A DNA stretch of 64,000 bases from Ignavibacteriota bacterium (GTDB taxonomy: Bacteria > Bacteroidota > Ignavibacteria > SZUA-365). Numbering within the stretch: the first letter of the stretch is position 1; each line of letters starts with the position of its first letter. Positions 1 to 10,276 of the stretch are shown piece after piece. The stretch is from positions 68,226 to 132,225 of the forward strand of contig JACRFB010000063.1 of assembly GCA_016218045.1 (NCBI GenBank), in the 5' to 3' direction. The position numbers and the translations under genes are program-made. Below the pieces are notes generated by a model, which ran no database searches, was not told where the DNA came from, and saw only the letters and a program-made list of their open reading frames with translations.

Positions 1-1396
1 TCCGCTGTTCAGCGAAAGGACGGCCGACCTCGACGACGTGGCCCAGCGCCTGCTCCGCGCGCTGCAGAAGAAACGTCTACACGCCAACATCGAGGGCAAA
101 CACGTTGTCATCGCCGACGTTCTTACACCCGCGGACACGGTGCTCTTTCTCCGCAATGACGTGCTCGGCTACGCGACAAATTTGGGAGGCATCACGTCCC
201 ACGCGGCTATTCTCGCCCGCTCGCTGAAAGTGCCCGCGGTGGTCGGAGCACACGACGCCACCGAGACCATCCGCACGGGCGATACGGTGATCCTCGATGG
301 TCAGCTCGGGCGCATTATCCTGCATCCCTCTCCCGAAACCATTGCGGAGTACCGCGGGAAAATCGATCGCATTCATGAGATCGAGACGCGGCTCGAAAAA
401 CTCGTGGGTCTGCCCTGCGTCACGCCCGATGGTCATAAGGTGGAACTTTCGGCGAACGCGGAATTTGTGAACGAGGTCGAATACGTTCTCGCGCAGGGAT
501 CGAAGGGGATCGGGCTGTACCGCACCGAGCATCTCTCGATTCTCGAAGGGGAATTTCCTTCCGAGCAGGAACAGTATGTCGCCTACAGCTCCATCGCACA
601 ATCGATGTACCCGCAGTCGGTGATCATCCGCACCTTCGATCTCGGCGGCGACAAATTCATGGTCCAAGCCCGCAAGGAGGATAATCCCTCGCTCGGCTGG
701 CGCGGCATTCGCGTGATGCTCGACAAGCCCGAAGAATTCCGCGCGCAGCTTCGCGCCATACTGCGCGCCTCCGTCACCGGCAACATCAAGATCATGTTTC
801 CGATGATCTCCGGGCTTGCCGAACTGCGGGAGGCGCGCGCGCACTTCGACGCGGCCAAGGCCGAGCTGCAGGCGCAGGGGTGTCCGTTCGACGATGCGAT
901 GGAAGTGGGCATCATGATCGAAGTGCCCTCGGCGGTGCTGCTGGCGGATGTATTTGCCCGCGCGGTCGATTTTTTCAGCATCGGCACAAACGATCTGGTT
1001 CAATATCTGCTGGCTGTGGACCGCAACAACGACCTCATCACGAACCTCTATCAGGAATTCCACCCATCCGTGATCCGCGCCATCAAACATGTGATCGACA
1101 CGGCGCACGCGCATGGCAAGTGGGTGGGGCTCTGCGGCGAGATGGGAGGGAATCCGCTCGGCACCATTCTGCTGCTCGGACTCGGACTCGACGAATTCAG
1201 CATGGTGCCGTCCATGATCCCGACGATCAAGGGCATCATTCGCGAGACGCGGTACGAGGATGCAAAAAATTTTGCCGAGGAAGTGCTGCGTTGCCATACA
1301 ACCGCCGAGACCAAACGCCTGCTTGCCTCCGCGTTCCGCGAGCGCTTCCCGCACCTCGCATCCATGTACATACTCAACGGCGCGATGAACACCTGA
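1..1396 (+). CDS. ptsI: Phosphoenolpyruvate-protein phosphotransferase (PTS enzyme I), 5' end truncated by the window edge
   Basis: Phospho-His motif TSHAAILARS, GIGLYRTE, IRTFDLGGDK, NPSLGWRGIR, FSIGTNDL and GLCGEM are present. The frame stays open upstream of 38 (PLFSERTADLDDV). Confidence 0.95.
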   Translation, partial: PLFSERTADLDDVAQRLLRALQKKRLHANIEGKHVVIADVLTPADTVLFLRNDVLGYATNLGGITSHAAILARSLKVPAVVGAHDATETIRTGDTVILDGQLGRIILHPSPETIAEYRGKIDRIHEIETRLEKLVGLPCVTPDGHKVELSANAEFVNEVEYVLAQGSKGIGLYRTEHLSILEGEFPSEQEQYVAYSSIAQSMYPQSVIIRTFDLGGDKFMVQARKEDNPSLGWRGIRVMLDKPEEFRAQLRAILRASVTGNIKIMFPMISGLAELREARAHFDAAKAELQAQGCPFDDAMEVGIMIEVPSAVLLADVFARAVDFFSIGTNDLVQYLLAVDRNNDLITNLYQEFHPSVIRAIKHVIDTAHAHGKWVGLCGEMGGNPLGTILLLGLGLDEFSMVPSMIPTIKGIIRETRYEDAKNFAEEVLRCHTTAETKRLLASAFRERFPHLASMYILNGAMNT

Positions 1397-1441
1397 TATG
1401 CGGGAACACCGCGCGCACCTTCACTCAGCACACGGCCCACG

Positions 1442-2770
1442 ATGCAGGATCTTCTGACTCTCGACGATACACGCGCCACAGCGGCACTCGATGCAGCCGT
1501 CCTCGACACCGCCCGCGCCGCAGCACGCAGCGCGCTCGACACCTTGCGCACCCGCAATGGCGCCGGATCCGAATTCCTCGGGTGGCTGGATCTGCCCGTG
1601 CAGTCCGCCGCGGGCGTCGATGCCGTACGCGACGCCGCTGCACGGATACGCGGTGAATCGGACGCACTGATCGTCGTCGGCATCGGCGGTTCGTATCTTG
1701 GAGCGCGCGCCGTCATCGACGCCTGTTCGCCGCCACACACACAACACGATCTCGACGTGTACTACGCGGGGCACCATCTCGCGGGCAGCGATCTCGCCGC
1801 CCTGCTGCGCGCCTTGGAACATCGTTCCGTCAGCGTCAATGTGATTTCCAAATCCGGCACCACCACCGAACCCGCGCTGGCCTTCCGCGTGATCAAGAAT
1901 TGGATGGAACGGCGCTACGGGCGTGATGGCGCAGCGAAACGTATCGTCGCAACAACCGACTCCGCGCGCGGCGCCCTGCGCGGACTCGCGGATGCCGAGG
2001 GATATCGAAGCTTTATTATCCCCGACGACGTGGGCGGAAGATTTTCCGTGCTGACTCCCGTGGGATTGTTGCCCATTGCCGCAGCAGGCATCAACATCGA
2101 CGCGCTGCTGGCCGGCGCGCGCGCCTTTCACGCAACGGCTTTCAACGCGTCTTTCGAAACAAACATCGCGTTGCGGTATGCCGCCCTGCGCCGCGCCTTT
2201 GCCGCCACGGGGAAGAACATCGAAATTTTGGCCGGCTTCCATCCCTCTTTCCTCATGATCGCCGAATGGTGGAAACAACTGTTCGGTGAGAGTGAAGGAA
2301 AGGGAGGCGCGGGAATTTTTCCCGCCGCGGTCATGAATACCACCGATCTGCATTCGATGGGCCAGTATATTCAGGATGGCGAGCGACGGATGTTCGAGAC
2401 GTTCCTGCTTGCGGAATCGGACGGCGACGACCTTCTCGTGCCCGACACGGGAGACGAGACCGACGGTCTGCAATATCTGGCCGGACAACCGTTTTCGTGG
2501 ATCACGCTGCGCGCCTGGGAAGGAACGGCGCTTGCGCACGAAAGCGGTGGCACACCGAATCTGGCAATCCGTCTTCCATCGATCCGGCCGGACAGCATCG
2601 GCGCCCTCCTGTATTTCTTCGAGATCGCCGTGGCCATTTCGGGCTACGCGATGGGCGTCAATCCCTTCGATCAACCCGGTGTGGAAGACTACAAGCGCAA
2701 CATGTTCGCGCTTCTCGGCAAGCCCGGTTTCGAAGCCGAACGCGCAGCGCTACTGGCGCGAATGAAATAG
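1442..2770 (+). CDS. pgi: Glucose-6-phosphate isomerase (short, ~450-aa type)
   Basis: GIGGSYLG, SKSGTTTE, GGRFSV, QLFGESEGK, DLHSMGQ and NPFDQPGVEDYK motifs. Confidence 0.95.
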   Translation: MQDLLTLDDTRATAALDAAVLDTARAAARSALDTLRTRNGAGSEFLGWLDLPVQSAAGVDAVRDAAARIRGESDALIVVGIGGSYLGARAVIDACSPPHTQHDLDVYYAGHHLAGSDLAALLRALEHRSVSVNVISKSGTTTEPALAFRVIKNWMERRYGRDGAAKRIVATTDSARGALRGLADAEGYRSFIIPDDVGGRFSVLTPVGLLPIAAAGINIDALLAGARAFHATAFNASFETNIALRYAALRRAFAATGKNIEILAGFHPSFLMIAEWWKQLFGESEGKGGAGIFPAAVMNTTDLHSMGQYIQDGERRMFETFLLAESDGDDLLVPDTGDETDGLQYLAGQPFSWITLRAWEGTALAHESGGTPNLAIRLPSIRPDSIGALLYFFEIAVAISGYAMGVNPFDQPGVEDYKRNMFALLGKPGFEAERAALLARMK

Positions 2771-2902
2771 CGCGCTACTCCGCGGCGGACGGCGGCAGCA
2801 GCCCGCGCGTCACGGCGTGAGAATTCCGGTGGTGCAGACCTCGACCGCATCACTGCAACGCGGGCCCTCATCCGCGCTGATGCGCCGTGCGGAAATGTGG
2901 AG

Positions 2903-3340
2903 TCAGCCGGCGCGTGCGAGGCGGATATGATGATCCACCGACGCGCGGCCTCCGCCCGTCACGGCAAAGATGACGAGCAGGAACAGCATGAGAAGTGCAA
3001 GCCAGAGGTCGGATTGGTACGCGGAGAATTCGGGCCGCACGAGAAGTGCGTAACAGGCACCAAGCACGATGGGAAGCTGCGCGAGTGCGGCTATCCGTGT
3101 CAACAATCCCAACATAAGCAGGACGCTATGCGCGAGCTGAAAAATCACGACGTAATGCATGAACAGCACCGGAAGGAAACCGAAGCCGTTGTCGTGCAGG
3201 ATTCGCTGCATCGTGTCGCTGTCCAGCACAAAAGAAAGTCCCTTTGCGAGCAATACCGCGCCCGTCAGCATCCGCAAGTAATCCAGCCATTGCGGATGAT
3301 GAATATCCGCCCAACCCACAAGCGTATCGAACGGTTTCAT
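2903..3340 (-). CDS. DoxX-family membrane protein
   Basis: 145 aa with four hydrophobic segments, LR..G....KG, LGLLTRIAAL and a C-terminal GGG..SVD motif. Confidence 0.8.
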   Translation of the reverse strand: MKPFDTLVGWADIHHPQWLDYLRMLTGAVLLAKGLSFVLDSDTMQRILHDNGFGFLPVLFMHYVVIFQLAHSVLLMLGLLTRIAALAQLPIVLGACYALLVRPEFSAYQSDLWLALLMLFLLVIFAVTGGGRASVDHHIRLARAG

Positions 3341-3513
3341 GGTTCACCTCGAAGTGTGGTGATTCTGGGAAGTTTCCTCGCGAATATACTCGATTTTCTC
3401 CCGAAGCGACAGCCGACCCGCCGCAGCCATCATGCGACGGAACACGCGCGGGACTTGTACCCTCGTACGGGCGGCAGTACTTTTCGCGATGCATCACAGC
3501 ACATCGGACATCC

Positions 3514-4578
3514 ATGAATAACATCGATTACGCGGCGGCGCGCCGCATGTACGATCCCACCGATCAGCACGGAATACTCCGCGCATTTCCCGATCACATC
3601 ATCACGGGCACAGCCGCCGCCGACGCGGCGCAGCTCCCCACCATCGACCTCTCACATCTGCGTGGTGTCGCCATCGCGGGCATGGGCGGATCGGCCATCG
3701 GCGGGGATATTCTTCGCGGGCTCGCAGCGGAGGGTGTGCCGTATCCGATCCTCGTGCATCGGGGCTACAGCCTGCCCGCCTGTGTCGGCGCGAACTGGCT
3801 GGTGGTCGTGATGAGTTATTCGGGCGGGACGGAGGAATCACTCTCTGCGTACGATGCGGCCGTTCAGCGCGGCTGCACCATCCTCTGTATCACCTCGGGT
3901 GATGGATTCGCCGGGCGCGTCACTCGTGACGGACACGCCGTGATCCGCATTCCGGGTGGTCTGGCGCCGCGATTCGCGCTCGGGCATTTATTCTTCGCGC
4001 TTCTTCGCTGTGTCGAACGCCTCGGAATCGTTCCTGATATGACGCGAGAGCGCGACGAGACGATCGCCGTCGCACGCGCGGCAGTGGCGCGTTTTGCGGA
4101 CCCCGCTGCTCCGGGAAACACGGCCCTGTGGTACGCGGAGATGCTTCACGGCTCGCTGCCTGTGCTCTATGCGGGGCACACGATGCTGGAGCCCGTGCTG
4201 TTGCGCTGGCGCGGACAGATCGAGGAAAATGCGAAGATGCTCGCCTACGGTAACATGCTGCCGGAAATGAACCACAACGAGATCGTCGGGTGGGAAAAAA
4301 ATCCGGATCTGCTGCAACGCATTTCCGTGCTGGTGCTGCGCACGCCCGACGAGCATCCGCGCGTCGCGCTACGCTTCGAGGCCACACTCGGTCTGCTGCG
4401 TCCGCTCGCGGGTCGCATCGAACAGATCGCCGCAACGGCGTCGACACCGCTGGGCCGTGTTTTTGAGCTTGTCTGCCTCGGTGATTGGATCAGCTACTAT
4501 CTCGCCATCGGCGGCGGCATCGATCCGTTTCCGATCGAAAAAATATCGTCACTGAAAAACGCGCTCGCCTCGGCCTGA
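3514..4578 (+). CDS. Bifunctional phosphoglucose/phosphomannose isomerase (PGI/PMI, SIS domain)
   Basis: GMGGSAIGG, SYSGGTEE, RWRGQIEENAK, LPEMNHNEIVGW and GDWISYYLA motifs. Start moved to the in-frame ATG at 3514 (MNNIDY). Confidence 0.9.
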   Translation: MNNIDYAAARRMYDPTDQHGILRAFPDHIITGTAAADAAQLPTIDLSHLRGVAIAGMGGSAIGGDILRGLAAEGVPYPILVHRGYSLPACVGANWLVVVMSYSGGTEESLSAYDAAVQRGCTILCITSGDGFAGRVTRDGHAVIRIPGGLAPRFALGHLFFALLRCVERLGIVPDMTRERDETIAVARAAVARFADPAAPGNTALWYAEMLHGSLPVLYAGHTMLEPVLLRWRGQIEENAKMLAYGNMLPEMNHNEIVGWEKNPDLLQRISVLVLRTPDEHPRVALRFEATLGLLRPLAGRIEQIAATASTPLGRVFELVCLGDWISYYLAIGGGIDPFPIEKISSLKNALASA

Positions 4579-4584
4579 TCCGGC

Positions 4585-7443
4585 ATGTTCGCGCGGCACG
4601 GTATGCGATACAATTGCACACATACGGCACCCTGGAGGAGTTCCGCAGTACCGCTGTTGCTGTTGGTCGTCACAATGTGCGCTCCGGTTCTGCACGCGCA
4701 GTTCCTGCCCTTCGGCAGGAACAAGGTGGCATACACCGATTTTGACTGGCGGGTGCTGGCGACAGAACATTTCGACATCTACTACTACCCGGAGATGGAG
4801 GACCTCGCGCGGCGCGGCGCCACCTTCGCGGAAGCGAGTTTTGTCGAACTCGAGTCGCGGTTCAACTATTCGGTAATGCATCGCATTCCGCTGATTTTCT
4901 ACTCGTCGCACTTGCATTTCCAACAGACGAATATTTCGCCCGGGTTTATTCCCGAAGGTGTGGGCGGATTCTTCGAGTTCATCAAAGGCCGCGTGGTCAT
5001 TCCCTACACCGGCTCGCTCCACCAATTCCGCCATGTGATACAGCACGAACTCGTGCACGTGTTCATGCACAACAAGGTGTCGCAGGTGTTACGCGACCAC
5101 GGGGTGCCCGCGGAACGATACCCGCCGCTGTGGTTCGTGGAAGGACTGGCGGAATATTTCTCGACGCGCTGGGACAGCCAGGCCGAGATGCTGTTGCGCG
5201 ACGCGGTGCATTACGGCTACGTCGCGCCGCTGCGGTCGATCAATATGATCGCGGGATCCTTCCTGATGTACAAGGAGGGTCAGAACGCGCTCACCTTCAT
5301 CGCGGAGGAATACGGTGAGGAGTCGATCGTGCGCATCATCGAGAATGTGTGGAAGTCCGCCGACTTCCGCGACGTGCTGCACTGGAGCACCGGCGCGACG
5401 ATGGACGAGATCGACCGGGCCTGGTTGCGCTGGCTCCGCCGACGGCTGTATCCGCTCGCCGCGACCCGCGACCGCGCGTCCGACGTGGCGGAAGCGCTGG
5501 TCACGGAGGGTTTCGCGGCGAAGCCATTCTGGTACACGCGCGGCGACTCGAGTTACATCGTGTACATGGGCAACAATTCGGGCTACACGGGGGTGTACCG
5601 CGTTTCCACGCGCGGCGCCGAAGCGGAATTGCTGCTCGAAGGTGAGAAGAGCGGCGCCTTCGAGGCGTTTCATGCATATCAGACACGTATATCCGTTACT
5701 TCCGACGGACGTGTCGCCTTTGTGACCAAAAGCGGCGAGCGCGACGTGTTGCACGTGTTCGACATCGAGACGCGCACGCATCTCCGCTCGATGCAGATCG
5801 GCGCGCTTGTGACGCTCGGATCCCCCTCCTGGGCTCCCGACGGTCGGCGCCTGGTGTTGAGCGGAGCCGATGCTTCGGGCGAGTCGGATCTTTACATCGT
5901 CGACGTGGCGCGAGACGAGCTGCGTCCGCTCACACACGATCCGTATGACGACCGCGACCCTGCCTGGTCCCCAGACGGACTCTCGATCGCGTTCGTGTCG
6001 GACCGCGGTACTGGCGGCGCGCGCGGCGCCTTTCAGCTTTTTCTCACCGATACGACGGGACGCACCATCGAGTCGCTCGCGCAGGACAGCGGGAGTTACG
6101 CGGCACCCTCATGGTCGCCCGACGGCCGCTGGCTCCTGTGCACAAACGACCGCGAGGGTGTGCACGACGTGTACGCGCTGAAGCCGCACTCCGCGGGCGC
6201 GGCGCGCAGGACGCTGCGTCGCCTGACCTCCTTGCTCTCGTCGGCCTTTGATCCAATTTGGACAGGTGACGGTGACCTCGTCTTTTCCGCCTTCGACGCC
6301 TACCGCTTCTCGATCCGACGTCTCCGCGGCATCGCCGCGCGCATCGATAGCGCGGACGCTCTCGAGGTCGACATCGCCGGCGGCGGGGAAGAACCATGGT
6401 CGGTTCCGCAGTGGCGCGGCGATGCGGCGAGCGCATCCATCAAGTACGAGCGGGAGTATCAGCTCGACATCGCGCAGAGCCAGATCTCGACGGATCCGAT
6501 CTTCGGTACCGTAGGAGGCGCCGCGTTGAGCGTCAGCGACCTGTTCGGCAACGACAACTACTACTTCCTGATCTACAACACTGCGCAGACCAGCAGCGAA
6601 CTGCTCTCGAGTTTTAACATCGCGGTCTCGCGCATGTCGCTCGGAGCGCGTGCTCCTTACGCATACGGGATCTACAGTTTTTCCGGACGCCGCTACGACC
6701 TGCTCGATCCCGACGAGTACTTCATCGAACGCGCGTATGGCGCGTACGGGGCGCTCGCGTATCCGTTGACGGCATTTCAGCGCATCGAGGGCAGCGTGAG
6801 TCTGGGAAGTTCCGACAAGGAGGCGCTGTATGAGCTGCGGCAGCGCAAGGCACTGCTACTCACCAATTCGGTGTCGTACGTGAGCGACAACGCGCTCTAT
6901 TACATCACCGGACCCATCGACGGAAGCCGCTTCAACGCCACATTGTCCTTCACCACCGACGTGCAGTATTCGAACGTGAATTTCTTTTCCGTGATGGTGG
7001 ATTACCGGCGTTATCTGCGGCTTGGAGCGCGATCCGCACTCGCCACGCGCCTCGAGTTGCTGTACAACGACGGCCGCGAAGCACGGCGGTATTTTCTCGG
7101 AGGGAGCTGGGACCTGCGCGGCTGGCCGCGATGGTCGATACGCGGCAGCAAACGGTGGCTGACCAGTGTCGAACTCCGTTTCCCCGTGCTCGACCGTGTC
7201 GGTTTCGATTTTCCCTTCGGCGCGATCGACCTCGGCGTGTTACGCGGCGCGCTGTTCGCGGATGCCGGTAACGCGTGGGATGACGAATACACAGAGACAC
7301 TCGGGAGCATCGGCGCGGGACTGCGTTTCAATCTGTTCGGCGTGATTGTTTTCCGCTACGATTTCGGGAAGCGTATTGAACGAAATTTCCGGGCCCTGCA
7401 AAGCGGCACGTTTCAGCAGTTTTTCTTCGGGTGGGATTTCTGA
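4585..7443 (+). CDS. Outer-membrane protein: zincin (peptidase MA-like) domain + TolB-like PD40 propeller + Omp85/BamA-type barrel
   Basis: Signal peptide followed by QFLPFGRNKV. Zincin motif HELVH...WFVEGLAEY. Repeated PSW/PAWSPDG blades. YFLGGSWDLRGW loop and C-terminal FFFGWDF. Exact start uncertain. Confidence 0.8.
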   Translation: MFARHGMRYNCTHTAPWRSSAVPLLLLVVTMCAPVLHAQFLPFGRNKVAYTDFDWRVLATEHFDIYYYPEMEDLARRGATFAEASFVELESRFNYSVMHRIPLIFYSSHLHFQQTNISPGFIPEGVGGFFEFIKGRVVIPYTGSLHQFRHVIQHELVHVFMHNKVSQVLRDHGVPAERYPPLWFVEGLAEYFSTRWDSQAEMLLRDAVHYGYVAPLRSINMIAGSFLMYKEGQNALTFIAEEYGEESIVRIIENVWKSADFRDVLHWSTGATMDEIDRAWLRWLRRRLYPLAATRDRASDVAEALVTEGFAAKPFWYTRGDSSYIVYMGNNSGYTGVYRVSTRGAEAELLLEGEKSGAFEAFHAYQTRISVTSDGRVAFVTKSGERDVLHVFDIETRTHLRSMQIGALVTLGSPSWAPDGRRLVLSGADASGESDLYIVDVARDELRPLTHDPYDDRDPAWSPDGLSIAFVSDRGTGGARGAFQLFLTDTTGRTIESLAQDSGSYAAPSWSPDGRWLLCTNDREGVHDVYALKPHSAGAARRTLRRLTSLLSSAFDPIWTGDGDLVFSAFDAYRFSIRRLRGIAARIDSADALEVDIAGGGEEPWSVPQWRGDAASASIKYEREYQLDIAQSQISTDPIFGTVGGAALSVSDLFGNDNYYFLIYNTAQTSSELLSSFNIAVSRMSLGARAPYAYGIYSFSGRRYDLLDPDEYFIERAYGAYGALAYPLTAFQRIEGSVSLGSSDKEALYELRQRKALLLTNSVSYVSDNALYYITGPIDGSRFNATLSFTTDVQYSNVNFFSVMVDYRRYLRLGARSALATRLELLYNDGREARRYFLGGSWDLRGWPRWSIRGSKRWLTSVELRFPVLDRVGFDFPFGAIDLGVLRGALFADAGNAWDDEYTETLGSIGAGLRFNLFGVIVFRYDFGKRIERNFRALQSGTFQQFFFGWDF

Positions 7444-8570
7444 TGCGACGCCTGATGCTCGTGCTGCTTCTCACCGCCGGATGCGGATCACTCGAGGAAC
7501 TCGAGACCATCCCGTCGTGGACCACGGCGGAGTGGGGACAGAGCGGCGGAAACGCCTCGCGCACGGCGCGCACGGTGTCGGAGCTTCCGCGGTTGCTCGA
7601 CACACTGGCCGTGTTTCAGCTCGACGGTACACCGTCACCCGGATCGATGATGCTCGCGCAGGGCCTCGTGTTTATCCCCTGCGTGAATGGTGCCATCGAG
7701 GTGGTGGACCTCCGCGCGTTGCGCGCGCTCGGAACGCTCGATCTGACGGGCTGGATCAAGGGCACGCCCGCCCTGGCCGACAGCGTGTTGTACGTGCCGC
7801 TCGCAGCGGGCGGCGGGGAACTCGCGTGTGTGGACATCCCGCGCCGCTCGACACTCTGGCGCGTCGAGGCAGGACTGGTAGAAACCCCGCTGCTTCTGTA
7901 CGGGCGTGATGTCATCGGCTGTACGACAGATGGTGACGTGTTCCGACTTCGCGCGGATTCAACACAGGTGTGGCGCGTAAGCTCCACGAAAGGCATACTC
8001 GCGGCGCCCGCATCGGATGGCGACAGAGTCTTTGCGGGATACAGGGGAGGCATGCTGCGGGCTCTGTCGATACAGGACGGCCGCGAGATGTGGCAGGCCG
8101 CGATCGGCAGCACCATCGAGGCGCCTCCACTTGTTGCAGCCGATCTTGTACTCGCCGCCGGGCGCTCAGGGGATGTGGCGGCCTTCGACCGCAAAAACGG
8201 CACAGAGCGCTGGAGGCGTTCCGTCGTGTCACCCGTGTTCGCGGCGCTCGCGGCCGATACCTCGGCGGTGTACGTCGCCTCCGCCGACGGCATGCTGCAT
8301 GCCCTCGCACTTGTAGATGGACGGACAATGTGGACGGCGCAGGCGGGAGGCCTGGTCAGCGCCGGACTCGTGGTTTCAGGTAGCAGCATTGTGGCAGTGA
8401 CACAGCGCGGACGCATTTCCCTTCGGTCGCGACAGGATGGCACGGAGACGTGGGCGATGTCGATCGGTGGACGCGTGACCACGGCACCGCTTGTGTCGGA
8501 ATCGCGGCTGATAGTATGCACCGCCGATCGCACGGTGTTGGTGCTGGGTGCGAGGGGAGGGGAAAAATGA
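7443..8570 (+). CDS. BamB-like PQQ-repeat beta-propeller lipoprotein
   Basis: Lipobox LLTAG-C and repeated A.D..xG...W PQQ blades. The ATG overlaps the upstream stop (TGATG). Confidence 0.8.
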   Translation: MRRLMLVLLLTAGCGSLEELETIPSWTTAEWGQSGGNASRTARTVSELPRLLDTLAVFQLDGTPSPGSMMLAQGLVFIPCVNGAIEVVDLRALRALGTLDLTGWIKGTPALADSVLYVPLAAGGGELACVDIPRRSTLWRVEAGLVETPLLLYGRDVIGCTTDGDVFRLRADSTQVWRVSSTKGILAAPASDGDRVFAGYRGGMLRALSIQDGREMWQAAIGSTIEAPPLVAADLVLAAGRSGDVAAFDRKNGTERWRRSVVSPVFAALAADTSAVYVASADGMLHALALVDGRTMWTAQAGGLVSAGLVVSGSSIVAVTQRGRISLRSRQDGTETWAMSIGGRVTTAPLVSESRLIVCTADRTVLVLGARGGEK

Positions 8571-9328
8571 TAAAACGCCTCGCAATAAACTTGCTGATGC
8601 TGGCTGCGGTGTGCACGGCGCAGGGCCAGCAGGGCGATCCGTTGTCCCTGCGGTCGACAATCATAGAATCGGTGCCCGCGGGCGCGGAAGTGTGGCGCGC
8701 GGATTCACTGCTCGGTCAGACGCCGCTGCGGCTCACCGGACTGGAAAAGGACACGTTGCTCCTTTATTATCCCGGCCGGAGCATATGGCGCGCGAGACGC
8801 ACAGCCCTCCCGCCTCCGCGTCTCGACGCGCAGCAGGGAGTAAACCGCGTGGTGTTTGCGGAGCGGTACAGGGTGAGCACTGAGCCGCCGGATGCCGCGG
8901 TGTACTGCGGCGATTCCCTGCTCGGGCGCACGCCGCTCGAATTCGAGAACTGTGAAACGGCGGGGATCCGGGTCACAAAACCCGGCTACCGCGAACTGCG
9001 CGGCATCATACCGGGCGAGGATGGTTCGGCCCGCGTCATCCTCGATCCGCTCCCGGGAGCTGTCCCTCAGCCGCAGGTTCGGGACGCGGCCTCGTTCCGT
9101 TCCCCGGGCACCTCGGTGCTTGCGGCCGCGGGATTGGGGCTCGCTGCGGGTACGGCATCGGTCATTCTCAAACGCAGTGCCGACCGGCATTACGACGACT
9201 ACCGCCGCAGCGGCGACAATGCGGCGCTTCGCGCTACGCGGCGCGATGATTTGTGGGCCGGAATTTGCCTTGTAGCACTGGAGGCATCGGTCGGATATTT
9301 GGTCTTCCTTTTGTTCCACGACCGATAA
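8567..9328 (+). CDS. PEGA-domain protein with C-terminal hydrophobic segments
   Basis: Signal peptide and two S.P..A.V....LG.TPL repeats plus KPGY. ATGA overlap with the upstream gene. Confidence 0.7.
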   Translation: MIKRLAINLLMLAAVCTAQGQQGDPLSLRSTIIESVPAGAEVWRADSLLGQTPLRLTGLEKDTLLLYYPGRSIWRARRTALPPPRLDAQQGVNRVVFAERYRVSTEPPDAAVYCGDSLLGRTPLEFENCETAGIRVTKPGYRELRGIIPGEDGSARVILDPLPGAVPQPQVRDAASFRSPGTSVLAAAGLGLAAGTASVILKRSADRHYDDYRRSGDNAALRATRRDDLWAGICLVALEASVGYLVFLLFHDR

Positions 9329-9433
9329 GGCGTATCTTTGCGCTTCGACGCACACCACAGCGAATTCAGCCTCAAGACCACGGAACGAGACGCTTTCGCT
9401 GTGTACCGCGTTGACCTCGCCCAAGGTACCCCC

Positions 9434-10261
9434 ATGTCAGAAAAGGTCGATCTCCACACCCACACCCACTATTCCGACGGCGTGCTTTCGCCGCGCGAAC
9501 TTGTGATGCGCGCCGCCGAGATGGGCATCGGCCTGCTCAGCATCACCGATCACGACAGCATCGACGCGCTGGAGGAAGCCGTCGAGGCGGGCAGGGAATT
9601 CAGTGTGGACGTCATCCCCGGTGTTGAACTCAGCGCGACTCTGGGTAACAAAGACATCCATATCCTGGGCTATCTCTTCGATCCCAAAAACCCGTATTTG
9701 CGCCAGACGCTCGATCTGTTCAAACGAGAACGTTTCAGCCGCGCGGCGCGGATCGTCAAAAAACTCAACCAGCTCGATCTCCCGCTGTCCTTCGACACCG
9801 TGCTCGAACGCGCGGGTCATGGCGCCATCGGCCGGCCGCATATCGCGGAGGCGCTTGTGGAGGAAGGCCTGACCGATACGTATTCACAGGCATTCGAAAC
9901 GCTTATCGGCGACTCCGGCCCCGCCTTCGAACCGAAGTACCGCATCTCACCCGAGGACGCGGTCGACATCATCGCGAATGCCGGCGGCGTCTCGATTCTC
10001 GCGCATCCCGGCTGGTACATCACCGAAGACGAACTTGTGCAGCTCATCCGCGCGGGGCTCGACGGCATCGAGACAGTACATCCCGCCCACGACGACGTCC
10101 GCCGCCGTTTCTACAGCGGCATCGCATCCACCTATTTCCTGCTCGAAAGCGGGGGATCGGACTTCCACGGCGGACGCCGCAACGATTACCAGAACTTCGG
10201 CAGTTTCACCATATCGCAAGACTATGTTCTCGCGATGAAACGCCGTCTCTTCATCCAATAG
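9434..10261 (+). CDS. PHP-domain metallophosphoesterase (YciV/TrpH-like)
   Basis: DLHTHTHYSDG, ITDHD, GVELS, GRPHIA, AHP and GGSDFHG motifs. Start set at ATG 9434. Confidence 0.9.
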   Translation: MSEKVDLHTHTHYSDGVLSPRELVMRAAEMGIGLLSITDHDSIDALEEAVEAGREFSVDVIPGVELSATLGNKDIHILGYLFDPKNPYLRQTLDLFKRERFSRAARIVKKLNQLDLPLSFDTVLERAGHGAIGRPHIAEALVEEGLTDTYSQAFETLIGDSGPAFEPKYRISPEDAVDIIANAGGVSILAHPGWYITEDELVQLIRAGLDGIETVHPAHDDVRRRFYSGIASTYFLLESGGSDFHGGRRNDYQNFGSFTISQDYVLAMKRRLFIQ

Positions 10262-10276
10262 TCAGGAGTACAGGAC

